DNA of 60,650 bases, from positions 1 to 60,650 of IMG/VR virus record IMGVR_UViG_3300006924_000018. One strand, given 5' to 3'. A program made the position numbers and the translations under genes. The DNA comes from a virus. Lineage: Duplodnaviria; Caudoviricetes. Below are positions 47,201 through 54,957 of the stretch, piece after piece (positions within the stretch are counted from its first letter, which is position 1; each line of letters opens with the position of its first letter). Below the pieces are notes generated by a model that saw only the letters and a program-made list of their open reading frames with translations, was not told where the DNA came from and did not search any database.

Positions 47201-50200
47201 CCGGGCTAGGAAACTCTGGCATACTTCAGAATTACACTACGTTTAGTAAGATTAGATACTCTGGCGGTACAACGGGCGAGCGAAAGCAGCCTGCCCTTGG
47301 TGGAGCAACACCTCTCAATGTGCAGCCAATGCTGGCAAGAAACCACTTTATCCAAGACCCCCGCTCAGCAGTATCAAAGCACGGTATGCAAATTGAGCTT
47401 AGCGGTGGCACAGTAGTTCAAAATCTTCCAAAGCCTCCGGGTGACGAAAACAATCATATTTATTCTTTGCTTGGCTCTGGTTATGCAAAGTGGGAAGCCG
47501 GCATACAGGCAGGTCGTTACATATATAGTGGTAGTCAAGTCGTGTTTGTTGATGAGCCTTCAAGCCCCTTCGACGATACATACGACGATTACGCATACGA
47601 CGTCAAGACAAAACGAAAAGATATGTCAGTCATTCCAGAGTACATCTCATCTGATTTTGTAGGAACAGACTTGCAGGCTGCAGATGTATTTGATTCTGCT
47701 TCGTTCAACAGCAATTTCTCAATCAAGCTGGCAGACAGCGATGACACCGGTGCCCGCTCACTTCTAAGGGGCCTACCTACCGACTCGTCAGAAGCAGGCT
47801 TCTTTGATATTTACTCACATAGTGACTTCTTGAAGCATTTTGAGGAAGTCAAGCAAGTGTCGGCTGATAACGGACTAGAAGAAAATCGATTGACCCTTAA
47901 GTTTAGAGGAGTTAAGAAGTTCTTGCCATATGATGGCTTCTTCCCTGCCGAAAGAGCAAGGAAGGTCGCAGAACAGTTCTTCGATACCTATGGCGAAGAG
48001 TCATTTATTATCCCTGCAGAGTCTAAAGCCTCAGCCCAGTACTCAGAGACTAATAAGTTGCGCCCGATCTTGCAGACTATGTTCGCACCCGGACTTATGT
48101 TTAACGCAATCAAGTCAGGTATGGCAGTAGATTATCCGATATTCACTGGCTCATATGATGAAGACTTCCGCTTGATTGCAAAGGACCTCACCCTTGATAG
48201 TACTGCAAACGGCAGCACAGTCAAGAGAAACGAAGTAAGATGTATTGGTACTTCTAGCTTCCAGCACAGAGTTCCTTTTGAAGCACTCTACAAGCCAGAG
48301 CTACTGCAGGGCTTGACAATCTTTGATAATGAGCCAACACAGGTCACCAACATTGGTGGCTTGAACTCCGGCCAGAGACTTCGCAATATTGTGAGCTTCA
48401 GCGACACTAACAATCTATACATTAATATTGTCAACAACTACCTCGCAGAATCTGTAAACTTCTTCTTGGCCGACGGAAGAACAACAAGAATTGTTTCTCG
48501 TCCACAGAAGGATTTCTTAACAGTCACACCGGGCAAGGCTTATGGTATGCGTCTCAAGATGTATAGGTCTCTTGATGTGCCAAAGATGTCTTCTGGTAGT
48601 CACGGAAACTACCCAATTCCGCAGATCGTCTCCGAGGGCGCGAGAGGTCCGAAGGCTTATATTTATATCAATGATGGTCTCATCGGAGGTAATTACAAGG
48701 CACTCCTATACCCTTCTTGTGTCTCTTCTGACCGTGACGCCAATTATGATACAAACTTTACAGCATCATTCACATTCAGTAGCTCGGCTGGGTCTTGGAC
48801 TATTACGGGCTTGTCAGCTGACAATGCTAACGCCGCACAGGACGATGAGTATGATGCTGGAGGAAACAGCTTCCAGTTCACGACAGAACAATATGATGCA
48901 GCCACCGAAGAGCCTCCAGTACAAAACATTGAAAATCTAGCAAACAACTTGGTAAATGTTATCAACCTTAATTCGGATTATAGTGCTAGATCACTTAATC
49001 AAAGTATTGGATACGCCAATATGCCGGGTGCATCCGGCTCTGGCGATCCTTGTAATGGCGGCGTACCTAGCACTAACCTCGCCACCTTTACAGTAATCGA
49101 GATCTCTTCAAACTTGCTAGAAAGCGGAATTGAGTTCGCCGTCTCTAATAGTGCGGTACCTAGTAATACCGATAACGCTCTAGATAACTTCTTCTTCATT
49201 AGTGACACGTTGCTCACGGAGATTGATGAAGACATTACTACACAAACCGATGATTCAAAGGCTAGAATTGCCACTGGCAGCTTCTCCCTTAATGTTGATT
49301 TGGTAGGTTACAGTAGGCCAACATTGACAATGTATTCTAGGCCGACAGCCTTCGGTCCTCCTACAATGGGCTTTGCAAATACCGAGACAAATGCTGCTAT
49401 CTTTTCTGGAGCATACGATAGCGTTAATGGATACAATATGCCATTTACGCCTCCTTACTACGATGGCGAGTCTTGGATGGACATTATTTATATTCCGCCC
49501 GGAACTTCTGCAAGCGGCTCGTCTGCTGTAGTGCCGGAAGGCTTCAAGCCAGTATTGACCGGTGACCCGACCACCAGTAAGCAGTTGTTTAATTTCCCAG
49601 ATGCCGCAATTTCTGGCACTAATGAGGATGACACCTTTGCAACTCGGCAAGATGGCTTGTTCGTGAAGTACTGGCGCTTCGATCAAGACGCAGGCTCAAA
49701 CCCCGGAACTACATACGCAGCACAGGACGGAAACCTAAACAGCAACGCTATGCAGCTATCTGCTAGTGTCAACGCCTTTAATGTAATCGGAGAAGGCGAT
49801 GACGCAAGGTGGTCCATTGATCTTAAGTTCGAGGCACCAATTGCTAACTTTGGCCACTTGGCCGGCTACGACTCAGTTACGCAGCCAAATGGCGAGTTGT
49901 CTGCATCTGTAGGTAGAGGTATGTGGCATCAGTTTGGGCGCATTCCAAAGGAAGACGAAGGAATTTACCTTAAGGTTGAGAGAATCCCTAACGATTGGCT
50001 CGATAATCACCCATCTGGCACTATCGGTACTGGCCGCGATTACACTGGCATCGGCTCCGCCTCAGTAGGCGAAGCCTATACAGTACATCCATTTGGAGAT
50101 AAGACAGTATCGGTATCTCCAAGGGATAGTATTTCTTTGGCTAATGTTTGTGGGTTCAACACCAAGCCTGTCAAGCTAGGTAAGCTACGCGAGTTCAAGG

Positions 50201-50808
50201 TTGTAAAGGAAGCTGTCGTTGCCGTTCCATTCCGTAATGTTAATGGTACAAAGAAGCTATTTAGCCTCCTAGATGGAACAACCGAGACCAAGAATAGGGT
50301 CGATAATTTGATTTCTTCTATCAAGAATGGCGAAACAGACAGCTCAAGCATCGCACAACAGGTGCAGAAGATGTTGGACTACAATTTCCCACCATACTTG
50401 GACTTCATTACCTACCCAGAGAAGGTTGAGCCTTACGCAGCATATGTCTTCGAGTTTGAGCATACATTTAGCAAGGACGACCTAAACTACATTTGGCAGA
50501 ACCTAGTGCCGCCTTCAGGCAAGTCAATTGAAGAAGTCGAGTCTGTAGTATCGCACGTACTCAAGAGCGACGAGATTCTAGGCAAGTATGACGGCACAGA
50601 ATCCGATACCGTTATTCCAAGCGATATTCAGTGGATGGTGTTCAAGGTCAAGCAAAAGGCCAAGACTAATTATGATAGAGACATCCTAGGCGCAGACATC
50701 GAAGAAGAAGGTCAGCAGATCTTCGGCTACAACTGGCCATACGATCACTTCAGCCTTGTAGAGGTAGGAAAGTTGGACGTAGAAGTTGACCTAGAAGACA
50801 AGGAATGA
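41257..50808 (+). CDS. Giant baseplate/tail protein (3183 aa) with LamG/ConA-like domains and a gp7-like motif
   Basis: NFAKFGSA; TLEFW..WHHYA..YLDG..LDELRYW (LamG); ILKSKGTEKSVR.FL..LG (gp7/tail-I-like); IESHILERNK. Confidence 0.75.
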   Translation: MPKARDLFGPKKVVESTNLEENFSDIESLRNLRAKTELKKRMIPRIDYATASNFAKFGSAELYYQSAMENIANQYPYDGSEAEKVEFLNASSYIDLYIFENEYPRQNGYVVISSNGWGSSTGITDGFGMPVDQEYISVRGNLNTASAGMVGKPLAETFSGSNIYDENPYDTLGLTDSGRNGTRTDNLLMDFQRGVTLEFWMKKSEFLPSSTQKEVVFDVWNSAADTSDSYGRITLYMSASADGANPWRMNLKSGSVGFADINLGTWQTTGTLADGEWHHYAFSVKSESGQSSIKCYLDGDLKNTLTSAMDLSEVTGAINGRVGALIAAPSGSSATAGAGKLSASLDELRYWKTERSAEDIGKNYITNVYGGANTDISNTELGIYFKFNEGIALNDTLDAIVLDYSGRVSNGSWVGYPGPAARSTGSAIVLAGAAPVEFRDPVVYKTNPDYVAKLEELTASGSYYDTQNTSLLFNTFPNFVIDGDNGNLKSTIQIMASQFDDMYLEMQEVNKVKDVSYGQNTNVNADVDYKAHPNMDRVLQSIGIDTNELFEDQSLQEFARARNDLQIFEKDLTDVKNQVYSNIYNNAMNILKSKGTEKSVRNFLRCLGVNDRVINLNMYSSNREYVIEDRFVNNTENKKYIDFDRADHLQATIFQTASSNPNTRGQTFVSGTNNVSASFTAEVNVYFPRKRTPGEPGYYTTSFLTSSIFGTHRVDSNGSYDWFPGAGADSNFQLVALRPFEDSKDARFAIVTRYGGTLLTTDLYKNVYDGNEWTFAVSLFNSQQDYAGGPDNMPEPTYYIGLTGYNTEGYFVKESFAQSASIANTTYAQNILTQDKRYFLGADRFNYSGSVQTNTDVKIGYLRHYDNTVLTPETVAVHAKDRNVYGPNDASRNISMFNSEEATGSYFPEVSSLLFNVDFQTVTGSDASGGFLAVDFASGSISATEDIRNNYPANYADSIATQYEFSGFGFEASSQAAVDNRVVVGSDIQMPESLLSTDLVNVLTSDDEVFTRQYSPETLYSSLEKSLSNAYSREIIDFLGSAREFNEIIGEAGAQYRGDYGKLPNLRDLFFQRLQAVTDFNKFYEFYKWFDDSVLNFILQLVPESANVRDGIQNVIESHILERNKVVTQYPLFRQVVEDTNTFGATLQGGNDLDYNWKYGHAPVGTTAQSENTLWWKNRAEREGASEAASDSAAVQIVSQNRNLREYRKNFTSAGSSYFKADSVNNKIAENVSLGVAASKTVAAGVNPETSKDPALLKSVVSKFSSEQDIRILINGTDAPSVDNDDVELDLGKRKKELAIFSIIGEEAGEVADYYNYKVESFLPATILSASATRNAMLEDYNSVADTKIDIGNMHLDTVIGNEIPAQGVFSETHVGGNQHRHIDINAGSDDATNRPESFKLKAGQTGGNPVIWIAAPQAADAQTAAPNTNLPYAVYTRDGLAKRPLNIKNIKYNSGSQNYGNYKEDYELMQLGGRTANNVAFVQAGGFGTASIDSTFVTGVVDYTKPSRPARKHVIVNRFSAPGDANTMGDNLGGPGLDYEAAEYSPYNNLNFRNLTVRLPLNKKFLVDRANSGGFSSDSSTPTGAVNYNPSYVISSSYYGSSSLYGVNRGVPSFHKVQRNGTPVRTQTSSVDFVDNGTDTKVRYDNAYVATSIPATDLRYQWISSSIEGTQNVLVYQSFDGVVSTSAGLVSELNFVATSDNNPNVSFVGANTFVTGAADVIFVPTIDASSLTLSYPATGTAGTVNDYILDANGPYQYASFKQLRAGESRINRYFRKNNLFSYPGAARVFTDSNTNIVRTDSGPKTFVATQSVITNRYEPVLLEVEIDEASHVLSVENGNQKVYFSQDDINKGFAVVENSNQSAFDTVISTFGSNGGIEVNKVTYRETVWPTEENSFLQKVRERIGFENNFWRDTAANRQSKGRRTDTRGKRFGVTDPNSLYGRSSWDLDAYPGFETTEFISAPASEQTSKAAQPSAINSDSGLGNSGILQNYTTFSKIRYSGGTTGERKQPALGGATPLNVQPMLARNHFIQDPRSAVSKHGMQIELSGGTVVQNLPKPPGDENNHIYSLLGSGYAKWEAGIQAGRYIYSGSQVVFVDEPSSPFDDTYDDYAYDVKTKRKDMSVIPEYISSDFVGTDLQAADVFDSASFNSNFSIKLADSDDTGARSLLRGLPTDSSEAGFFDIYSHSDFLKHFEEVKQVSADNGLEENRLTLKFRGVKKFLPYDGFFPAERARKVAEQFFDTYGEESFIIPAESKASAQYSETNKLRPILQTMFAPGLMFNAIKSGMAVDYPIFTGSYDEDFRLIAKDLTLDSTANGSTVKRNEVRCIGTSSFQHRVPFEALYKPELLQGLTIFDNEPTQVTNIGGLNSGQRLRNIVSFSDTNNLYINIVNNYLAESVNFFLADGRTTRIVSRPQKDFLTVTPGKAYGMRLKMYRSLDVPKMSSGSHGNYPIPQIVSEGARGPKAYIYINDGLIGGNYKALLYPSCVSSDRDANYDTNFTASFTFSSSAGSWTITGLSADNANAAQDDEYDAGGNSFQFTTEQYDAATEEPPVQNIENLANNLVNVINLNSDYSARSLNQSIGYANMPGASGSGDPCNGGVPSTNLATFTVIEISSNLLESGIEFAVSNSAVPSNTDNALDNFFFISDTLLTEIDEDITTQTDDSKARIATGSFSLNVDLVGYSRPTLTMYSRPTAFGPPTMGFANTETNAAIFSGAYDSVNGYNMPFTPPYYDGESWMDIIYIPPGTSASGSSAVVPEGFKPVLTGDPTTSKQLFNFPDAAISGTNEDDTFATRQDGLFVKYWRFDQDAGSNPGTTYAAQDGNLNSNAMQLSASVNAFNVIGEGDDARWSIDLKFEAPIANFGHLAGYDSVTQPNGELSASVGRGMWHQFGRIPKEDEGIYLKVERIPNDWLDNHPSGTIGTGRDYTGIGSASVGEAYTVHPFGDKTVSVSPRDSISLANVCGFNTKPVKLGKLREFKVVKEAVVAVPFRNVNGTKKLFSLLDGTTETKNRVDNLISSIKNGETDSSSIAQQVQKMLDYNFPPYLDFITYPEKVEPYAAYVFEFEHTFSKDDLNYIWQNLVPPSGKSIEEVESVVSHVLKSDEILGKYDGTESDTVIPSDIQWMVFKVKQKAKTNYDRDILGADIEEEGQQIFGYNWPYDHFSLVEVGKLDVEVDLEDKE

Positions 50809-50820
50809 TAAGGAGAACAT

Positions 50821-51816
50821 ATGACTTTCTTTAATCAAAAGCAGGATGTTCTGGAGTTGAGGCTCACTAACTATGGCGAAAGCCAGTTGGCCAAGGGCAA
50901 GCTCCGTCCCTCATACTATTCCTTCTCTGACGAGGACGTCATCTATAACTTTTCTTCATCTGCCGAAGAGCTACAGAATGAAGTCGACGGCAGAATCAAG
51001 CTCGACACTCCGTATAGAAAGGTGCAGAAGAATCGGTTTTCAAACTCTAGAGATGCCAAGGCAGGCAACATCGTCGGTGTAGATTTCGAGTCCGAGATGG
51101 CCAAGATGAATTCTGTTGGCACCTGCGCATCGCAGAATAGCGGAAGCTCTGCGTTGAAGGTCATCGTCCTAGGAAACGAGATTGAGGCGTTTAGCAACTT
51201 CTACACATCATCAGGTGACCAGAGAGTGGCACTGCCTATTCCGCAGATCGATGTTAATATCGAATTCCAGTCTATGATTGATAGGTTTGGCGCAAAGAAG
51301 ACTCCTTTTGAAGTCGATGATGGCCTCAGCGAGCAAGACATCTTTGCTGACGGCGGATCCGTGTATATTGCATCACAAGAGATCACTTTGATGATCGAAG
51401 AGCAAAATACTTCTGTAGGCTTCGAGAACTTTGAGGTTGAGGTATTTGAAATTGTAGACGGCGAGCCTAACTACCTAGGAGATCAGCCGCTCCGTAAACT
51501 TCAGTTCATCAAGCAAGAAGATGACATTAGGGTCGATGACAAGGGACTATACATCACGGAAGATGAACAGAGAGAAAGAAAGAGAGCAATTGGCTCTGTA
51601 AGACAAACGACAGATAATGTAGAGTACTATTTTGACGTATTCACGGACACCTACAATGAAATCCCAGACAGCTTCATTTGTAGTCTAGTATCAGAAGTTA
51701 AGACTGGTGACTTCGCCCTCGATGCCGAGCTACGCGAGCTTTGCTCTAGAGATCAAATCGCAGTTACTGACGACAAGGTATACATTAATGGGTTGCCTTC
51801 TTCCGACGACTGTTAA
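50821..51816 (+). CDS. Virion structural protein (baseplate/tail)
   Basis: FFNQKQDVLELRLTNYG..LAKG.L.P.YYSFSDEDVIY, related to the N-terminus of 57543. Confidence 0.6.
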   Translation: MTFFNQKQDVLELRLTNYGESQLAKGKLRPSYYSFSDEDVIYNFSSSAEELQNEVDGRIKLDTPYRKVQKNRFSNSRDAKAGNIVGVDFESEMAKMNSVGTCASQNSGSSALKVIVLGNEIEAFSNFYTSSGDQRVALPIPQIDVNIEFQSMIDRFGAKKTPFEVDDGLSEQDIFADGGSVYIASQEITLMIEEQNTSVGFENFEVEVFEIVDGEPNYLGDQPLRKLQFIKQEDDIRVDDKGLYITEDEQRERKRAIGSVRQTTDNVEYYFDVFTDTYNEIPDSFICSLVSEVKTGDFALDAELRELCSRDQIAVTDDKVYINGLPSSDDC

Positions 51817-51835
51817 CCCCAAACTTACATAGGAA

Positions 51836-51844
51836 ACTAGTTAG
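51836..51844 (+). promoter_or_regulatory. Putative late promoter motif
   Basis: ACTAGTTAG upstream of 51851. Confidence 0.45.
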
Positions 51845-51850
51845 TAAACG

Positions 51851-54800
51851 ATGGCATCTTTTAATATCACATCACTAGAAGACACAATTGTCCCTTCCGC
51901 ATACATTGAGGAAGTAGTCGTAAATTACGATACCTCATTCGCTCTTGGCGTAAACAACAAGCAGGGAACAAGGTACATTGACAAGTACGGAAACGAGAAG
52001 TTCTCAGTTAGCCCTCTAGCATCTGGCGAGCAGGTACCAGAAAGAAACTTGGCACTAGACGTAAAGATGTTCTTGATGCTCACAGAGAAGGTGTATAGAG
52101 ATCTCTCGGATAGCAAAGAGTTGAAGTCACACATCTTGGTGGCCGACACTAACAAGAAGATCAATCTTTTGCGCGGAGGGGAATACTCCTTCGCAGAGAT
52201 TCAGAACTTGATTTCTCAAAAAGAATTGTACCACCAGACAGTCTCATTCGCTTCTGTAGAAGAGAGGGCAGAAAAGGTGATGCTTGATGGCAAGACTTTC
52301 TATAGATTGCCGTATGAAGCTTCTATCGTCCTAGAAGAGGCCAAAAACGTCGCTGTCTTTGCCTTTACTACTGCGCAGGACCTAAATAGCAGAACTTTGA
52401 ACAGCAAAGGGCAGCTTTATGGCCGTTTGACAGGCGAAATTGTCCTTTTGGACGGTACAGTACCTAACGAATACTACTATTTTTCCGACACAGATAACCA
52501 AATTTGGGCTGGATCAGTACATTCTGGCACGCAGGCAGGCACATATTCTGCTGGTTTGAAGGAAATCAGTGGCCAAAATGAGGCCCTTGTAGCCCAAAAG
52601 ACAAGTGTGTACAAGGTATTTGACCGTAGATCGGTCGATATTGAGCAACTTTTCGAAGAAGTAAAGGACGAATTTAGCTTCGAGGCCGAAGCAAAGGTGT
52701 TTGAAGACACAAAGACCTCTGAAAAGCTAACATTTGCAGCTAAGACCTCTGGCCTCAGTCCGATTATGAGCAGTATTGTTAGAAAAGAAAGGACAAAGGT
52801 ATCAAATGTTCCTGTAAGATACGTCAGTAACTTGATGTTCATCGACGCAGAGCAGATCTTGAGAGAGAATTCAAGATACGCTAGCCTACTAGACAGACTA
52901 GATGACAATGAGTTCAATTACGCCCTCCGAAGCACCACACTTGACTTCGTAGAAATCTCTAGAACCTCCATTTACAGGAGTGAGGAAAATGATCAAACAA
53001 TCATTAACACCTCTTTCCGCCCCGGAGAATCTAACGCAAAATCACAAACAAATAATGTTGCCAACTCTCTTATCTCTGGTGGTAACTCCTTTACAACATT
53101 CGCATACCTAGAGGAAGAGGACAGCAACTCATACGGCCTTCCTATGAAGAAGTTCAAGGCCCTAACCTTTGTTGACGAGGTACCAACTTCTTTGAGAAAG
53201 TCAGACTTCTATTACACTGTCAGACTCCAGATCGCAGATGGAATTGGCAAGTTCATAGAGTCTAGAATCGACACAGTTAGAGAAAAGCTCCTAGCATTCA
53301 AGTCTTTGTACGCTAAGCTCAGTAACCCTACCTTCTCCGATACGGAAGGCAACTTCAACGCACGAGCGAAGAGCAAGCAAGACGACGCAAAGTTGGTTGA
53401 AGTCCTTTCGGAGATGGTTTCTGCAATGAGCTTCTTCTTCGACCTCAGTGACAAGACCACTGCTTCCAATCTTTTGAATGCTACTTACTTTGCGTCTAAT
53501 ACAGAGACTGGCAATATCTACGAGATGGACAAGGCTTACAGAACATACGAGAAGCTATACAGCTTCCTAGTAGATCAGTTCTCATACGGCGCAGAATCAG
53601 CCGGGAACCTTAATATTGAAGCTTCCAGTGCTTCTGGAAAGTTCAAGAATATCGAGCTTGAAAAGATTTCCAACATCATCAATCTTAACTTCGACCGTGC
53701 TGTAGGGCTCAAGTTCATTGATACCTATAATCCTATGTACAATAGGGAAGGCATTTCTGGCAAGATGCCACTTTTCTTGCCAGCAGTTTCCAGAAGAGTG
53801 CTGAAGTCTGACACTAGAGTAGACACATCGTTGTCAAATCCAGACACAACAGATACTTTCTTGACCTACTATAATCTCCATTCAGTTCTTTTGGACAGAG
53901 ATTACCTTATTCGCAAGGCTGCCTTTAGTGACACGATGGGCAACAATGCGGACTATATCGAATACCTTTCTATTTTGCTAAACGACTCAATCAAGAAGTC
54001 AAAGCATCAGATTTATGTCGGTGAGTTACCGTACTCCACCACCAAGAAAAAGAATGCCAAGAAAGTCAAGCTTGGTGAAAGAAACAGAAACTACGAGTGC
54101 TATATTGGACTACTAGAGTCTTTGGCAACGCTTGGCATTTCTATGGACGCCAACATCATTGCAGAGTCACTAGACGATGGCCGCTTTGAAGTAAGCAACT
54201 CTGAGCAGAAGAGCCGTTTTGTCGATCTTGACTTTGTGTCTTCGAAGATTCCTTCTATGATTTCAAAGATTGTCCAGAAGTCTTACATCAATGAGAATGC
54301 CCTTGGTATCCTGCCAGACAACGTAGCCAACCCGTTCACCTCCTTGGTCAACGCATCAGCCGGCCAGATCCCGTTCCAGTTCACAAGTTTGGGAACAAAT
54401 TCTTCGAATGTGCTAGGAAATGATAAGGTTGTATTTGCGAACGATAAGTTCAGTTTACTTGACAAAGATGTCTTGAGCTATTATTATTATAATTATGCAA
54501 CTTTGGGAACTGTCAAAGTTATCGTTGATTTTGAGCAAGGCTCAATGACTCCAATCTACAGGGAGCTCACAGCTGAAGAGCTAAATGAGCAGAACCTTGG
54601 TAGGAACACTAAATATATCTGCAAGGTAGATATGTATAGCAACCCACGATTGTTGACCAACATCTTTACTGGTCTAGATACAAAGATCCTAGAACAGCAT
54701 TTTGCTGTAATTCAGGGCGCTCCTATTCAGGAAAAGCTAGACCAGTCTGACCTAATTAACGAAAACAACATTGAAGCTCCTAGAGTACCGCAGGTATCTA

Positions 54801-54946
54801 ATACGGTGGCCGCTGCAATCGAAGACCTTTCGAGAATCAATAGTGTAGGGTTTAATATCTACGAGAAATACTTCTCCTCTTCACTATTTGTTAAGCAGCC
54901 CGTAGAGGTTACAGAGTTGCGATTTGAATTTGATCGCAGCAAGTAA
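51851..54946 (+). CDS. Large hypothetical protein in the tail module
   Basis: 1031-aa ORF among structural genes. Confidence 0.7.
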   Translation: MASFNITSLEDTIVPSAYIEEVVVNYDTSFALGVNNKQGTRYIDKYGNEKFSVSPLASGEQVPERNLALDVKMFLMLTEKVYRDLSDSKELKSHILVADTNKKINLLRGGEYSFAEIQNLISQKELYHQTVSFASVEERAEKVMLDGKTFYRLPYEASIVLEEAKNVAVFAFTTAQDLNSRTLNSKGQLYGRLTGEIVLLDGTVPNEYYYFSDTDNQIWAGSVHSGTQAGTYSAGLKEISGQNEALVAQKTSVYKVFDRRSVDIEQLFEEVKDEFSFEAEAKVFEDTKTSEKLTFAAKTSGLSPIMSSIVRKERTKVSNVPVRYVSNLMFIDAEQILRENSRYASLLDRLDDNEFNYALRSTTLDFVEISRTSIYRSEENDQTIINTSFRPGESNAKSQTNNVANSLISGGNSFTTFAYLEEEDSNSYGLPMKKFKALTFVDEVPTSLRKSDFYYTVRLQIADGIGKFIESRIDTVREKLLAFKSLYAKLSNPTFSDTEGNFNARAKSKQDDAKLVEVLSEMVSAMSFFFDLSDKTTASNLLNATYFASNTETGNIYEMDKAYRTYEKLYSFLVDQFSYGAESAGNLNIEASSASGKFKNIELEKISNIINLNFDRAVGLKFIDTYNPMYNREGISGKMPLFLPAVSRRVLKSDTRVDTSLSNPDTTDTFLTYYNLHSVLLDRDYLIRKAAFSDTMGNNADYIEYLSILLNDSIKKSKHQIYVGELPYSTTKKKNAKKVKLGERNRNYECYIGLLESLATLGISMDANIIAESLDDGRFEVSNSEQKSRFVDLDFVSSKIPSMISKIVQKSYINENALGILPDNVANPFTSLVNASAGQIPFQFTSLGTNSSNVLGNDKVVFANDKFSLLDKDVLSYYYYNYATLGTVKVIVDFEQGSMTPIYRELTAEELNEQNLGRNTKYICKVDMYSNPRLLTNIFTGLDTKILEQHFAVIQGAPIQEKLDQSDLINENNIEAPRVPQVSNTVAAAIEDLSRINSVGFNIYEKYFSSSLFVKQPVEVTELRFEFDRSK

Positions 54947-54957
54947 AGGAATCTATA